Of a stretch of 64,000 nt of DNA, positions 12,088 to 24,500 are shown piece by piece. The translations under genes and the position numbers were made by a program. A model generated the notes under the pieces. It did not search any database. It saw only the letters and a program-made list of their open reading frames with translations, and had not been told where the DNA came from. Position 1 is the first letter of the stretch. Each line of letters begins with the position of its first letter. Source of the DNA: Ptychomitrium polyphyllum (taxonomy: Eukaryota); the NCBI GenBank assembly GCA_973851085.1, contig OZ316776.1:1240001-1304000 (forward strand). The letters are read 5' to 3'.

Positions 12088-15000
12088 TTATAAATTATTG
12101 CAGCACTTTCCATCATCAGACGCAAGCACCTTGTCCCAGAGACATAGCATTTGGCGTGGCGTTTGGTAATGGGCAGTCAGGTAGTGCGGCACACAACCAG
12201 CTTGGGCAAACCGAATGCTATGCTCATATTGTACATGCTTCTCCTTTGCATATTGGCCTACCCATAATCCAACACTGACGTCCTCCATCTTGAACAACTG
12301 CAAACATCGTACATACTCATCAAGCTCTGATTTAATGTCCTCTCAGTAAAAGATAAAGACATGCATTCACAATGTAAGGTCCAAAGACAAGCATCAACAG
12401 CAGGAAAGTAAGATTGGTTAAGTTTAGATAACCATTCAAAGACACGGACTGGAAAACGCAAGATCTGCAAACGAAGGCCCAAGTAACTGGAAAGGAGAAC
12501 TAAGATGAAAATATATAACGCACAAACATCTAGTGTACACCTATATTATCACAAGGAATGGAAAATTGGGAATGACCTACATTACATATCGTCAATGAAA
12601 ACTTGCCAGAAGAAAGATTTAACATTGAATACGATAACAAGAGACATGAACGAAAAGCAGGACACAAGTTTTGAAGAAGTACCCGCAGCGTGCCCCTCTC
12701 GTCTTGCTCCACAATGAAGTGCACAATATCCTCTGAAAGGATATACCCTGGACCATTCGCATATATTGGGTAGATCCGCTCAGGCCACTCCTATTCATCC
12801 ACCAACCAACTCAATTATCAACTCAGACGACTTAGTACTTTATCACCAACAATAAGATCCTCATTAAGGTCTAATCCAAGCTTGTTGAATACGAAAGCAT
12901 TTTTCTAATACTGGTGAGAATGAATTTGCCTATTATGCAGCATTCGGGCTCTGGTAAAGCTGCGTCCTGATTCTCAGAACAAACTTTCATGTGTTTAGGC
13001 ACAAATTTAACCCTCGCATTCAGGCCGTGCACAATGGAAAAAAAAATACCTCCGCAGTGACGGCCCATTTCCCACTACGAAGGGGTCTATGGAACTCGTT
13101 CATGCTGCCCATATAAAGGCCTTGCCCTACAGAAGAATCCCGAATCCCTTCGAGGACGCTATCAAGTCTTACAAAAGTGTCATCGTCAGCTTTCATGATG
13201 TACTTAGCCGTGACGTTCTGGACCTGCAGAGCAAGCAATGCCTTTTGTCAAAATATTGATGATATAAAAAGTTCAATATAATATTGGAATTCAGCAGCAC
13301 CATATTCCGATAGACATATCAAAGAATTTAAGAATAGTACTTCGATATACATACCCCAAACTTGCAGATTGCAACAGTCTTGAGAACCACTATATCATAT
13401 CTGTCAATGAAAGGCAGGATAATGATATCGCCATAATAGTCTGCCTCCTTCTTCAGCTGCAGATTAATGTCTTTGTTTGCATGCTACACCACGATCCATA
13501 AAGAGGTTCATCAAGAATAATAAGTATGTGGTGTTGCTGACTGTAATGTATATAGATCTAGATAGGAATAAATGCATTGAACATAAAAAATGCTAAGTAA
13601 CTCAAGCAAGCTCAAAACACTTCACAAGAGGAAGAAAAATAATAACACATACCAAAGCTACAAAGAAGCGAGCCACAACTTGTGAGGATTGAATGGACTT
13701 GGACTGCAACCATGTCTTCCTAACTGCCATCCGTTCTGCAAAGTGGTTACTGCTGGACATGATTCCAACAAACAACTCTATCTTGTTGGTAGGTAGAGGT
13801 GGTGCCTTCCAGATATCACCCTGTTCCAAAACCAGCTCAGGATAAAAGCTAGGATGTGTTACAGGCAGTGATGTCACTGTCATAGAAATCAAATCGACAT
13901 CTCCTGCCACTAATATCCCTGTTGCTTCTTCGATGGCATAACCCTGCAAAGTAAAAGGCATATAAAACGTCAAAGGTGAAATACTTCAGAAACAAAAGAA
14001 ATTTACAAGATAACCATGGCTGGCTACCCGATTTTCCCACAACACATCAGCACGACGATATTTAACTCACCGCACGATAACGAAAGGAACTGATGTGACG
14101 ACCATCGATAGTCACATGAAATCCCTCAACACCTGCTCGAATGGTGAGAACGAACTCCCGACTCTCCGACAAAGGATACTCCCATTCAAGCGTCTCCTTG
14201 TCAGAGCGACCAACTAACCTCCCAAGCCACCAGGATTTTTTGGCCGTCGCAGGTTGCTTCTCATCATCTCGGAGCCACTTTTCACATTTGGGAAGCCCGT
14301 CAACTAAACAAGAACATGGAACTTGTTACTACACACCTAGAATAAAAAATGTGTAGATCAGACCGTGGAGACCTTGTAGTAAAGGAAACAGCAAGAAGAT
14401 TGATCCTAGTTACTACCAAACACAGGCCCCTTTCTGCCAACATACAACCTAGCAAGAATATAGAACGATAAACAAGTATCATAGAATTAGCGCACACCAG
14501 TTTCGTCATATTCTGGTGGTTGCCAGCCTTCACACCGATGAGAAGCACCCCACTGGTTCCGATAACAAGTGTTATGCTCGATGACAGGCTTCCAGCTCCA
14601 GTCACCACGCAGTCGAGGGTTTAAGTGCAGAATTCTAGGAGGATCTTCATTTTTCAAGACCTTCAAGCCCTGTAATTCCACTATGAACTGGGAAACCATG
14701 ACATATGGAGAAACACCCTCCCCGACTCTGGCAATTGGAGGTTTGTATTCCATGTGAGCCTCCTTTGGCCTTCCAATGAGAGTAATGGCTGACCCAAACA
14801 TTAGACCGCAAGGGAGTGGCAAAAGTTTCCCAGCCTGCTCCAATGCCTTTCCTGGTGTAGAGAGTGACGCTGGACATGCTTCGGAGAGTGCGTTTGAAGT
14901 TACGTTGGTAATATTGCCTGTAGTACCTGCTTCCTGACTTGACGTAACTTCCAGTTCCTCCCATGCTCTGGCACCGGCAGACCAGGCAAGATCTATCACC

Positions 15001-15559
15001 TCTAATAGAGAAACATAATCACCTGTTGAATTCCCAAGGATGCGGCGTACCTTCTTGCTACTAGAATGTTCTTCTGGGATGACCGACTTCCCACTTGATT
15101 TACTCTCCGTGGAAATCTGCACATATTTGCATAACCACTTCCTTAAAGCTAAACAAAACTCATTTTAAGACTCACTACGTAAGAACGATTATAATTGATT
15201 ACGCGTTGTAAGGCCATGGCTTCAAAACTGACCACTGTATCTTGTGTCGGTTGACTGTCTTCGTCATCAGCCGGTGTTGGCCTCTCCGGCTGCCTATGGT
15301 CCGAGTCACTAATACCTGAACTTTGTTCTTGATTGCGACGTCTACGAGAAGTGATCTTCTCGTAATTACCAATTTCAGCATCTTTATTTTCTAGCCTATT
15401 CAAGGGGGAGTCACTATCAGGAAGTGCATTCATTTCAAGATAATCTGGAATAAACATCATCATCAAAAATAGACCTGAGGCTGCCAATAGTAACAGTGAT
15501 TTCGTGCGTCTTTGCCGCCCTGTACACCCCATATCCGGTAGTCTCGATCTCCTCTTCAT
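12088..15559 (-). CDS. GALT: Hydroxyproline O-galactosyltransferase (GT31 family with galectin domain; GALT2/4/5/6-like), multi-exon
   Basis: Type II membrane anchor ([17 protein letters not shown]). Galectin domain ([31 protein letters not shown]). GT31 domain ([63 protein letters not shown]). Confidence 0.95.
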
Positions 15560-18500
15560 ATTGTTTTGGGCTTATTTAGAGTGAGTAACTCTATACCGCC
15601 GAATTCATTCGAAAGTGCACATAGGAAAACCCTAAATACTGTTGTAGGAATTGCTTGAACGTCGAAGCTGACAAATAGTTGGACCGAAACAAATCATATT
15701 TGTCAAACTGCATCCACAAACTGTTACATCAGGCTCCCTCCTCCAATATAGTAAAAGACCTAAATAGTCCATTTTAATCACGTCAAGATCTGTTGTCGAT
15801 CCCCTAGATTTGAAAATCATTTACCAAATCAACGCTTATATGTATTATCAGAAACTCTAAACAAATGAGGTCACAAAGCTCATAAACGTTCATTGCCGTG
15901 AATACTTTGCCGGCCTAACTTACCACGTTAATGCCGCCCAAAGCGTTCTTAATCTGTGAACCAAGCCCACTCTGACTTCCAACAAAACTCTCAATCATCA
16001 TCAGCCCTATTAACCCTGTGCCAGAAATTGTCAATCAGTAATACACAAATTATTGCAAAAATCACGATCCTCAGCTCAAGCGATAGAACTCATAGAACAA
16101 TTGGTATAGTACTCCAGTTATACCAATTGATCTCCCAGGACTAAAAGCAAAAAAAAAAACAAACACAATCTTCAAAATTAGAGAATCTAGACATTACCAC
16201 ATGACGAAGTTGAACGTCACAAAATCAGCTAGGGTAGAGCGTATATTGAGCTGACACCTCCCAGCACCGAAACATAAAGGCACAATGAAGGAACAATCTT
16301 TTTAAAAAGAAACCTAATGACAGCACAGGCACTAGCAGCGAATCGAGTGTATGGTGAAAGGGACAAACGTTTTTCCTAAAGATTTTGAACCCCTACTAAT
16401 TCAATCACTCATAATTTCTATTCTAGAGATTTTTTTCACATGCCATATTTTCTATGTAGTTCACAGCGTGATAAAGCATTATCAAGCAAATTTTTAAAGA
16501 AAAATACTCTCACTTTTCATGGAGAAGTGAGAGTCAAGGCCATATCCACATTACATGCTTCTAACTAAGACAAAAATTCCGTAGCGAATCCAAAAACTGC
16601 TCAAACCTGAAAGAAGCAACAAGGGTATAAAATCGTGGAACACGTACGGAAACTCTCACCCGTTCCGATGCTACTCTAGTTGGTGATCACCAGAACTCAA
16701 GTCCCCAGAGAGACCGCCAACCAACACGCCTAAAAATTGTTCACAAACACCAAATCATACTATCGAGTAAAAATCACGCTTACGAGACACGTCCACATAC
16801 GCAACGCTCCACAACGAGCAACGTCCTGTTCCTGGCTCCTAATTTCTTAACACTAGCTTAAAAGTGACGCAGTGAAACTCCACCCCTAAGAGAATCATTG
16901 TAGACAACACAGTTTCACCACCACCCAAACCCTGCAAGCACAAAGGCCACCATCCTCGACATCCAATACAAACGTTCTAGCTTGACACTCTCTATCACTC
17001 AACCAAGCAAAAGCCAGTCATCCCACAAACGCAACATACACCTACAACCTCAAAATCCAACACTCATCTCTGAACGCTCAAATCTACACCCACCACAAAC
17101 CATACGCATATCCCACATCTCCATCAGCTTTAGATGATCTCCACATCACCGACCACCACCAACCACCCCCAACTAGCAATTCGAGATCATCATCTCCTCA
17201 ACCTGGAGAATTCACCTGAACCAACACAAAAAAGAAGAATCCACGCAGAACCATACCGTCCAGAATCTTCCACCAAACTAGCAGGCTCACACACTCCAAA
17301 GATACAAATCTTGCTGCAAAAGGCGACAGGATCCAATTCTAGACATGCAGAGAGTCTGAGACAGCGGGTCCAGTTCGAACCTGGAAACCCTAAACTCTGA
17401 AGAGATTGTGAGACGATTGCAGTAAGCTGCCGTTGGTGGACTCGAGAGCGAGTATTGTAAATTATTGATAATCGGTGTCAGCGACTAGTCTGGCCAAACT
17501 TAGGGTCCGAACTGCATGCAACGGGATCCTAAACTCCAGGCGGCTAATACAAGGAGGTTTGGGCATAAGTTTGGAATCCTAGACATGCGGCGGTTCCGCG
17601 TCGTTGGCCACGACGGCGTTGAGATGAAATTCGACGAATAAGCGACGATTTTCCAGACCATGGGTCTGTGCTGTCGTTGGGTCCACGGGCGCCTGCCACT
17701 TGTTGCCTTGGGATCTCGGTCGTCAATCGATGGATGCCTCTGTTCATCTATTATTCTATTCATCCGTCTGGGAGGCGTCTGCTTTGCTCGCTGGACAGAC
17801 ATCCAGAAATACATATTAGTTTAGGACTATAGATACTTGTTTACAAGCATTACAAATGGTTCATATTTATGTCCATATCCCAACACTTCGTCACTATTTT
17901 TTGAAATTCCAACTAATTCTCAAAAAAATTATTTTAAAAAATAGTCACTAATAAATGTGAAGTTTTAAAAACTTAGATTAACATTTTAACACTAAAATTT
18001 TAACAAAAATTTAAGACACTCGTGGGGTTTTAATTATTTGAATATACAAAAAACTTGACAAGTTTCAGTTAACTAATAAAATAATATCTTAACTTGTAAT
18101 TTTATTCATATAATGCATGAAAAACTAAAATTATAATTTGTATTTATTTTAAAGAAACATAAGTTTAAATTTTATATGTTATAAGTGTATAATAATTTTG
18201 GCACTTGTTTCTTCAAATAGTACTTAAGTTTTTTTGCTTTGTTAATTTTTTCAAGGTTTTACATAGTGTTATACTTTTCCTAAGAATATTATTCAATTTA
18301 TATATTAGAATTGTTAAATAACTATACTATTGATATACATAATTTGTTATATTAAGTATTTGAAAATTTCTTTATTCTTAAATCAATATCCACTAAATTA
18401 ATTCTCAAATTTTTGTTTCTTCATATAATTATTAAAATCATATAGTTGATTAATTATAGCATTCCAATGAATTTTCATGTTGGCATAAAAATAAAATTTG

Positions 18501-19759
18501 GTTTTTTCACACTTAATTAAAATATTAAAAAATGTTTTTAGTTTAATATCATTTATCTATGCATTGAATTATCAATTAATATTAAATATGCTTACAAATG
18601 CTTTTTCAAATGAATGAATATTTTCAATGAAAATCTAAAAACTATCAATTGTAAAGTGTAATTCATGTGACATTTTGCAAAACATCTAAGCATTGTGACC
18701 ATTAAAAATTATTTTGAAGATGCTATAGTATTATACATAGTGATAGAATTTTATATAAGAAGTAAATTTTACAATAGAATTATTTAGCAAGAAAAATATT
18801 ATGAATTAAAAGCCAAATCAATTGGAAGATAAATAGATCTATCCAAAAAATGTTTATTTACCTTAATATCATGTTGATAAAAACATCTTGGTATATTAAT
18901 GTATTTTAATTATTTCCTTCCAAAGTTATAATTCCATCTCCAAATATAGAATTTAGAATAACTACTATGATGTCAAAACAAGTTCAATTGAAGCATAAAG
19001 CCATTCTTAAGGCCATTCATAAGCCTAGCATAAAGGCTATAATATTTCTAAATTAAAAGATTCAACGTTGTTGAGGTTTATAAATTAAATTTAAAAAATT
19101 AAGCTAAAACAATCTATAATTTTTGGCTCAAAGAGTTTTAGAATGATTACTATGAAAAGATTCTATCACTTTGAAACATTTTATTATGATAATATATATG
19201 AATAAATTATGAAATTATTTTGATATTGTGATCTAAAATCTAATGTTGAAATGTGGTACACCTCTGTAATCATACTTCCTCACTTCCAAAGACTTCATGA
19301 GCTTTAGCAAGTCATGGTTATTGGTTATCCTATCTTAATGCCTCATGGAACATTGCCATGAGTAAATTCCATTAATATTGATTCATTCTATTTTAGGTTC
19401 TATAGCATTTCATTCACCATCAGAACATAGGGGGCGAAATTGGGGGTCTACCTGTGCAAACTCGGGCTCAGTCACACGAACAGCTTTTTCCAAGTTGCCC
19501 GGAAATCTTGCCAACATGCAAATATCTGTACATCTCAGAATTCAGTGCACGTAGCCCTCCCACACAGTGAGGCCACGACAATTGGAACGTCGATGCAAGA
19601 GACCAGTAGTCCTCCCTTGATGGCTCACTAAATGAAATTTGCAAACCAAATCAAATCCTGAAATTTTATTATCGCCAAGGTTGTTTGCTGCATCTAACGG
19701 CCACTACCGAGCAATCTTCAACACGAGACTTCAAATCGTCAGAACATTTCGAAAAAGTA

Positions 19760-19804
19760 CAAAATCAGGGACAGATTGTCTCAAAATCAGGGACAGATTG
19801 TCTC
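19760..19804. repeat. 22-bp tandem duplication (caaaatcagggacagattgtct x2)
   Basis: Read directly; lies downstream of the 20148-21569 gene's stop codon. Confidence 0.85.
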
Positions 19805-20147
19805 GGTACATTAGCATCGTAAGTCTTTGATACATCCAGCATTGATTAGGGTAAACGCATATGGGAAAACGGCAGGCAGGGAAGAGGATAGTGAGAAAGC
19901 TCCAGTTACATGAAGCCTGTCGTATACGTATCTTTCCTAGTCTGGAGATTGGCAAATATCTTCAGGAATCTGATCACTTCAAGATTTATCGACGTCAATA
20001 TCCTACAGTACTGCTATTGCTGTTCATATGGTTTTTAAGAAGAGGTCCACGTCTACAGACCTTGTAGTGCACCCTCTACACTCTATGCGAACATGGGGGT
20101 GCATCATCGATGCGTAACTCAAAAATATTCACAGATTCCATCGTCAG

Positions 20148-21569
20148 CTATGTTGCCGCTTCCACAGGCCGCCTGCTTGGTCTACCGATAGGTCCGGCCG
20201 GAGAGGCACCCCTGAAGCCCATGGTGATAGTGTCGTTCACACACCAGTGGAAAGGGGGCTCCGCAATATTCCTTTCCTGCCAGAAGCAGCATAGTTTACA
20301 TATTTTCTGGGTCTCTACTCTGTTTTCCCTTCCTACCAGGCCCCGAAAGACACCACTTAGTTTGGAGAATTCCAGAGGAGACATCGCTACTGATTGTTGT
20401 TGATGCTGATGCTGCAAATGAGACATGTGTGCTTGAGCCTGCTGGAGCACCAAAGAATTGCTCTGCCCTGTCATTATTTGGGGCAAAAAATTGCCCATTG
20501 CTCCCCTGGTGGGGGACGGAGAGGCCCTTGCCATAGGGGTTGACGAAAACGTTCCTGAGCGGGAGGTCAAAGCCTGAGTATTGGCCTGCATGATGCTATT
20601 CCTGGTCATCCCACTGGAACCAGGTCTAACACTCGGACTCAGAGGCATAGAATCATTAAATCTTTCTTGAATGAACAGGTCTACTAGCGGGCCTTGAAGG
20701 AGGTGCTGAGGCTGTTGAGCAGCCGCTCCGTGACCGTTCATTCTCTCCGATTGCCTACCAGGGTCAGCAGCATCTTCATGCACGGGACCCCAAGCCTTGT
20801 TTTCCAACTTGCGCCGTTCCTCTACATTTTGAACATGTGGAGCTTGAGGATTCTCCCCTTTCCCAGCAGGTAAAAGGCTGAAACCTTCAACTCTTTGACT
20901 CAACATCCCTCCATTCTGCCATCCTGCTCGTGGACTAGCGAAGCCATTCTGTCCCATTCCTTCCCGTCGGAGCAGTGTCCGCTCCACTTTCCCTTCAGAC
21001 GCTATCGTAGTAACTGTTCCATTGGGTGAGCTGTTGCTAATCCTCTGTCCATTCGCGTTTGGTGACGGAGTGGTAGTAGGAGAGGAGGACCTCTGCAGAT
21101 ACACAGGTGGGGATGTTGAATGAGGAGAAAAGGGCTCGTCCATTCCACTTCCAAGTTTTGGCCGTTCATCAGAAGGCGACACATCGCCTCGCGATGAATT
21201 GGAATCTTCATCATCTGCATTCTCTGCTTCTGCATTGCGCTTCCTAGTGCCCTTCCTTTCCTTCTTTGATTTTTTGATCGAAACAAGAAAATGGCAGTCC
21301 TTCTCCCTGCTTGGATTATGCTGGTTCAGGATGATATTGAAATTTGTGTTTTCATTGATGGGAAGTTTCTGGCGTTTATCTGTATCTTTCAAAGTCCGGC
21401 GACAGACAAATACTGCTGAAAGCTGATTGGCAGGGATCCCCGTTTTCTGACTCATCAAAGCCTGAAAGCGTTTGAAAGACAGCACAGAATGGACCCCTAC
21501 AACACCTTTATCATGCTCTTGCTCACCATCATGAAAAACTACTGGATAAGGTGTTGCAAAACTCTCCAT
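20148..21569 (-). CDS. 473-aa plant protein of unknown function, EDA12/DUF7138-like (recalled family), intronless CDS
   Basis: Long ORF. N-terminal YPVVFHDGE...SFKRFQALMSQKTGIPANQLS domain, basic stretch KKSKKERKGTRKR, S/P/Q-rich middle, and C-terminal CKLC...FHWCVNDTITMGFRG..PAGPIGRP motif. The family name is from memory and was not searched. Confidence 0.8.
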   Translation of the reverse strand: MESFATPYPVVFHDGEQEHDKGVVGVHSVLSFKRFQALMSQKTGIPANQLSAVFVCRRTLKDTDKRQKLPINENTNFNIILNQHNPSREKDCHFLVSIKKSKKERKGTRKRNAEAENADDEDSNSSRGDVSPSDERPKLGSGMDEPFSPHSTSPPVYLQRSSSPTTTPSPNANGQRISNSSPNGTVTTIASEGKVERTLLRREGMGQNGFASPRAGWQNGGMLSQRVEGFSLLPAGKGENPQAPHVQNVEERRKLENKAWGPVHEDAADPGRQSERMNGHGAAAQQPQHLLQGPLVDLFIQERFNDSMPLSPSVRPGSSGMTRNSIMQANTQALTSRSGTFSSTPMARASPSPTRGAMGNFLPQIMTGQSNSLVLQQAQAHMSHLQHQHQQQSVAMSPLEFSKLSGVFRGLVGRENRVETQKICKLCCFWQERNIAEPPFHWCVNDTITMGFRGASPAGPIGRPSRRPVEAAT

Positions 21570-24500
21570 CGAGAAGATACTTTGTGAACCAAAGTTGTCC
21601 GAAGATTTGACGTTTCACTTCCTCTTTGAAACCAAAACAAATCAAACAGAAGGGTACCCTGAAAAGCTTGAATTATCTGAAACGGGAAAGAGAGATTCAG
21701 AAAAACATATGAGGCGTACAATGCTTTCCACCGCAACGATCAGCGTGACAAGCATCTCCTCAAATGGTATTCAAAAATCACAACATAAACCAAAAGCAGT
21801 CTTAAATTATCAGGCATGTGCAACCAGAAAACAAGGCCAGGACTCGGAATATTCACCTCTCTCTTGCTGTTTTTGCCTCTCGATCATCCTGTACAGAGAG
21901 GTGATGAGGATGGTTTCTACTCCTTGTCAGAGCAACTGGAAGTTCCAACCTGCAAAAGAGCCAAACCAGACAACTCAAACTCAGTTATCAAATAACGCGA
22001 CCGCAACCACATCCTTCTTGAAAGAATGAGAGTAGCTACACTAGTCTTTCTAATTAGCATGGTATTTCAAATATTGTACGTCATACTAATCAGAATAAAG
22101 AGTGGTTAAATGTGCATCAAACAGTCCAAGCACATACGGCATGATTCCGTCTTCTGTAGGGACAAGTACAAAGCTATCGCAATCAACTAACAAAACACGT
22201 GTAGATTTTTATCCTTGAAAGCGAAGTTTTACAAAGTCCCTTCCATCGGCCTCTTGTTTGAAAAACAAACCGTAGCTACAATAATCACTTCTTCTAAACA
22301 TCAGGTCGGAGACCCCAAGGCACGAAACACCCCCAAGTAAACTCCCTATGTAAGCTAAGAATCACTCCACGCCCTAATCCTGGCAGGAACCTAAATTATC
22401 CGTGCTTCATGAATGGAGCTGTAAATGACCAATATCATCCACATGTTCGATTGTTTCTGCTGTAAAGTGTAACATGGCGGATAGATCAACGACCTATATG
22501 AAATTGTCTACCACTTGTTCTCAGATATACACTTGTTCTCAAATGTTGGAAATGAAGACCACAAAATGGGGCAAACCCTCAACCTAGACTACAATGTCAT
22601 CCTCCAACTTCTCTAATCTCAGATAAGCATAAGAAAATGTTGAATATAATAAGTCATCTGCACCTAAACCATCTCAGTGTGCATTTCCCGGCATTACAGG
22701 GATGAGAACTGCATCACTCATGAATTCTGCCGTTCGTTACATTACAAGTAGGTAGTGCTTCATTTATCCTTACAGGATAAGAAAAAATCAACGTAAAATA
22801 TCTAAACTCCAATGTACCAGGCCACAAGCAACTCCCCGAATATCTACGTTTCCGAACTCGACCCAGTTACTCCATCTTCGGCTATGAAGCTGCTCACATA
22901 CACTACTCGTATCCAATCCCAGCGTGTTGCTAGTACAGTTATTGGCAAACACACCAACGTTCATAAGACCTAACCTCGCAACACTCAGGTCTCTAACTTG
23001 TACACAAGAACCTCTACAGCTGAGATCACACAAGACAAGGCAAAAAACAGTTACAAACTACCAGTTAAGTATGCCAGGAGGTCTAACTGCCAGTTAAGCC
23101 TCGCATGCTTAAGCATGAAGGCTCGCGCATTAGCTATCAACCCCAAATGAGTAGAGAAACAGTCCGGCTTCACTATGATTCTTAAATAGGTCAAACAGCC
23201 ATTGCCAAGTCATCTTAAACCATGTGAAAAGGAACACGCAGAGCAAAACCATTATATTCCTGACTAACGCATGCTTGGATATTAAGAGTAAGTTTTAGCA
23301 ATCTTCTGAAATAGTCTAGAAACAGAGTCGACATGCAAGGAAAGTCTTTGATAGCGAACAAATACATGAAGCAACTGCACGGAGCCTAAAAAAACTGGAA
23401 AGTATCATTGCATGAAATAATTGTTCAGCAGCATGCCGCAATTTCGGAAGCAGCTCGAAGAAAGGAGATGAACCAATCAGTAAGATGTCGAAGAGCGCAA
23501 CAACGCACCTGAGCATTGAAGCAACAGGTCATGACTTCCAGAATCCCTCATACACAGTCTTCTTGCATCGCCAATTTGCCTGCAGAGCGAAAACTAATCG
23601 GTTACAATTTCAGAATAGGAGGAAAGCGTAATAACTTCAAACTAAATTAAAACCAAATTCGGGGATCCACTCAAAGATTAAGAATGTTTCAACAGATCCG
23701 CAGTGAACACCACTTAAAGAGTGCATTCTCTAACAAAAACACAAACAACTATCGCAGGCCCTTGGAACGATCTTTATTAAGAAAAGAGAAAGATATGGCA
23801 ACAGAAACTGTCTGGCCACACATACTACACACAGACAGGAACACATCCAACAATTGCAAAAGTGGGAGAGCCTTAAGATACATGCATCCCTATTTCAAGC
23901 TTCTACGCCTCGATTGCAGACATTTCTATTCTTACAATGAAAGCACCAAGGAGAAAATCCGACCTATAGTGCTCCATTCTTTACGAAAAAACGATCCTGA
24001 CTCACTCAATAAAAGGCGTGCGAAGGCTGCTCATAACGCTTCCCCTCTAACCCATCGCATTAACCTCAACTCGAAGTTCCACAACTACGTCTCTAAACTG
24101 CAACACTTCCGCAGCAATTGTCTTTACCGAAAACCGTAAAGAACCGTGAAACAATCAACACACACGAGGAATAGGTCCAGAATAACATGCCAAGCATATT
24201 TGCAATCGCGGGCTTACCGACATGCTCTACAAAGGCACTCTTCGATAAGTTCTTAAGGTGAAGGCCACCAAGACTGATTGCTCAGCAAAACCATTACCCC
24301 GATCCTCTCAACATTAAGCCCTCAATAACTCCGTGATCGAAAATCGACAGTCCTCGAAGCTGAACCACGCCGACTCGCAATACAAATGAACGAAGCGCAG
24401 GAGACCCGCGTACACACACCCATACCAACGACTGCACTTCTGCACTCCTACGCTCCTATCCATCACCGCGGTTCTCAAATCAGACGCATTTCCGTCAAAG

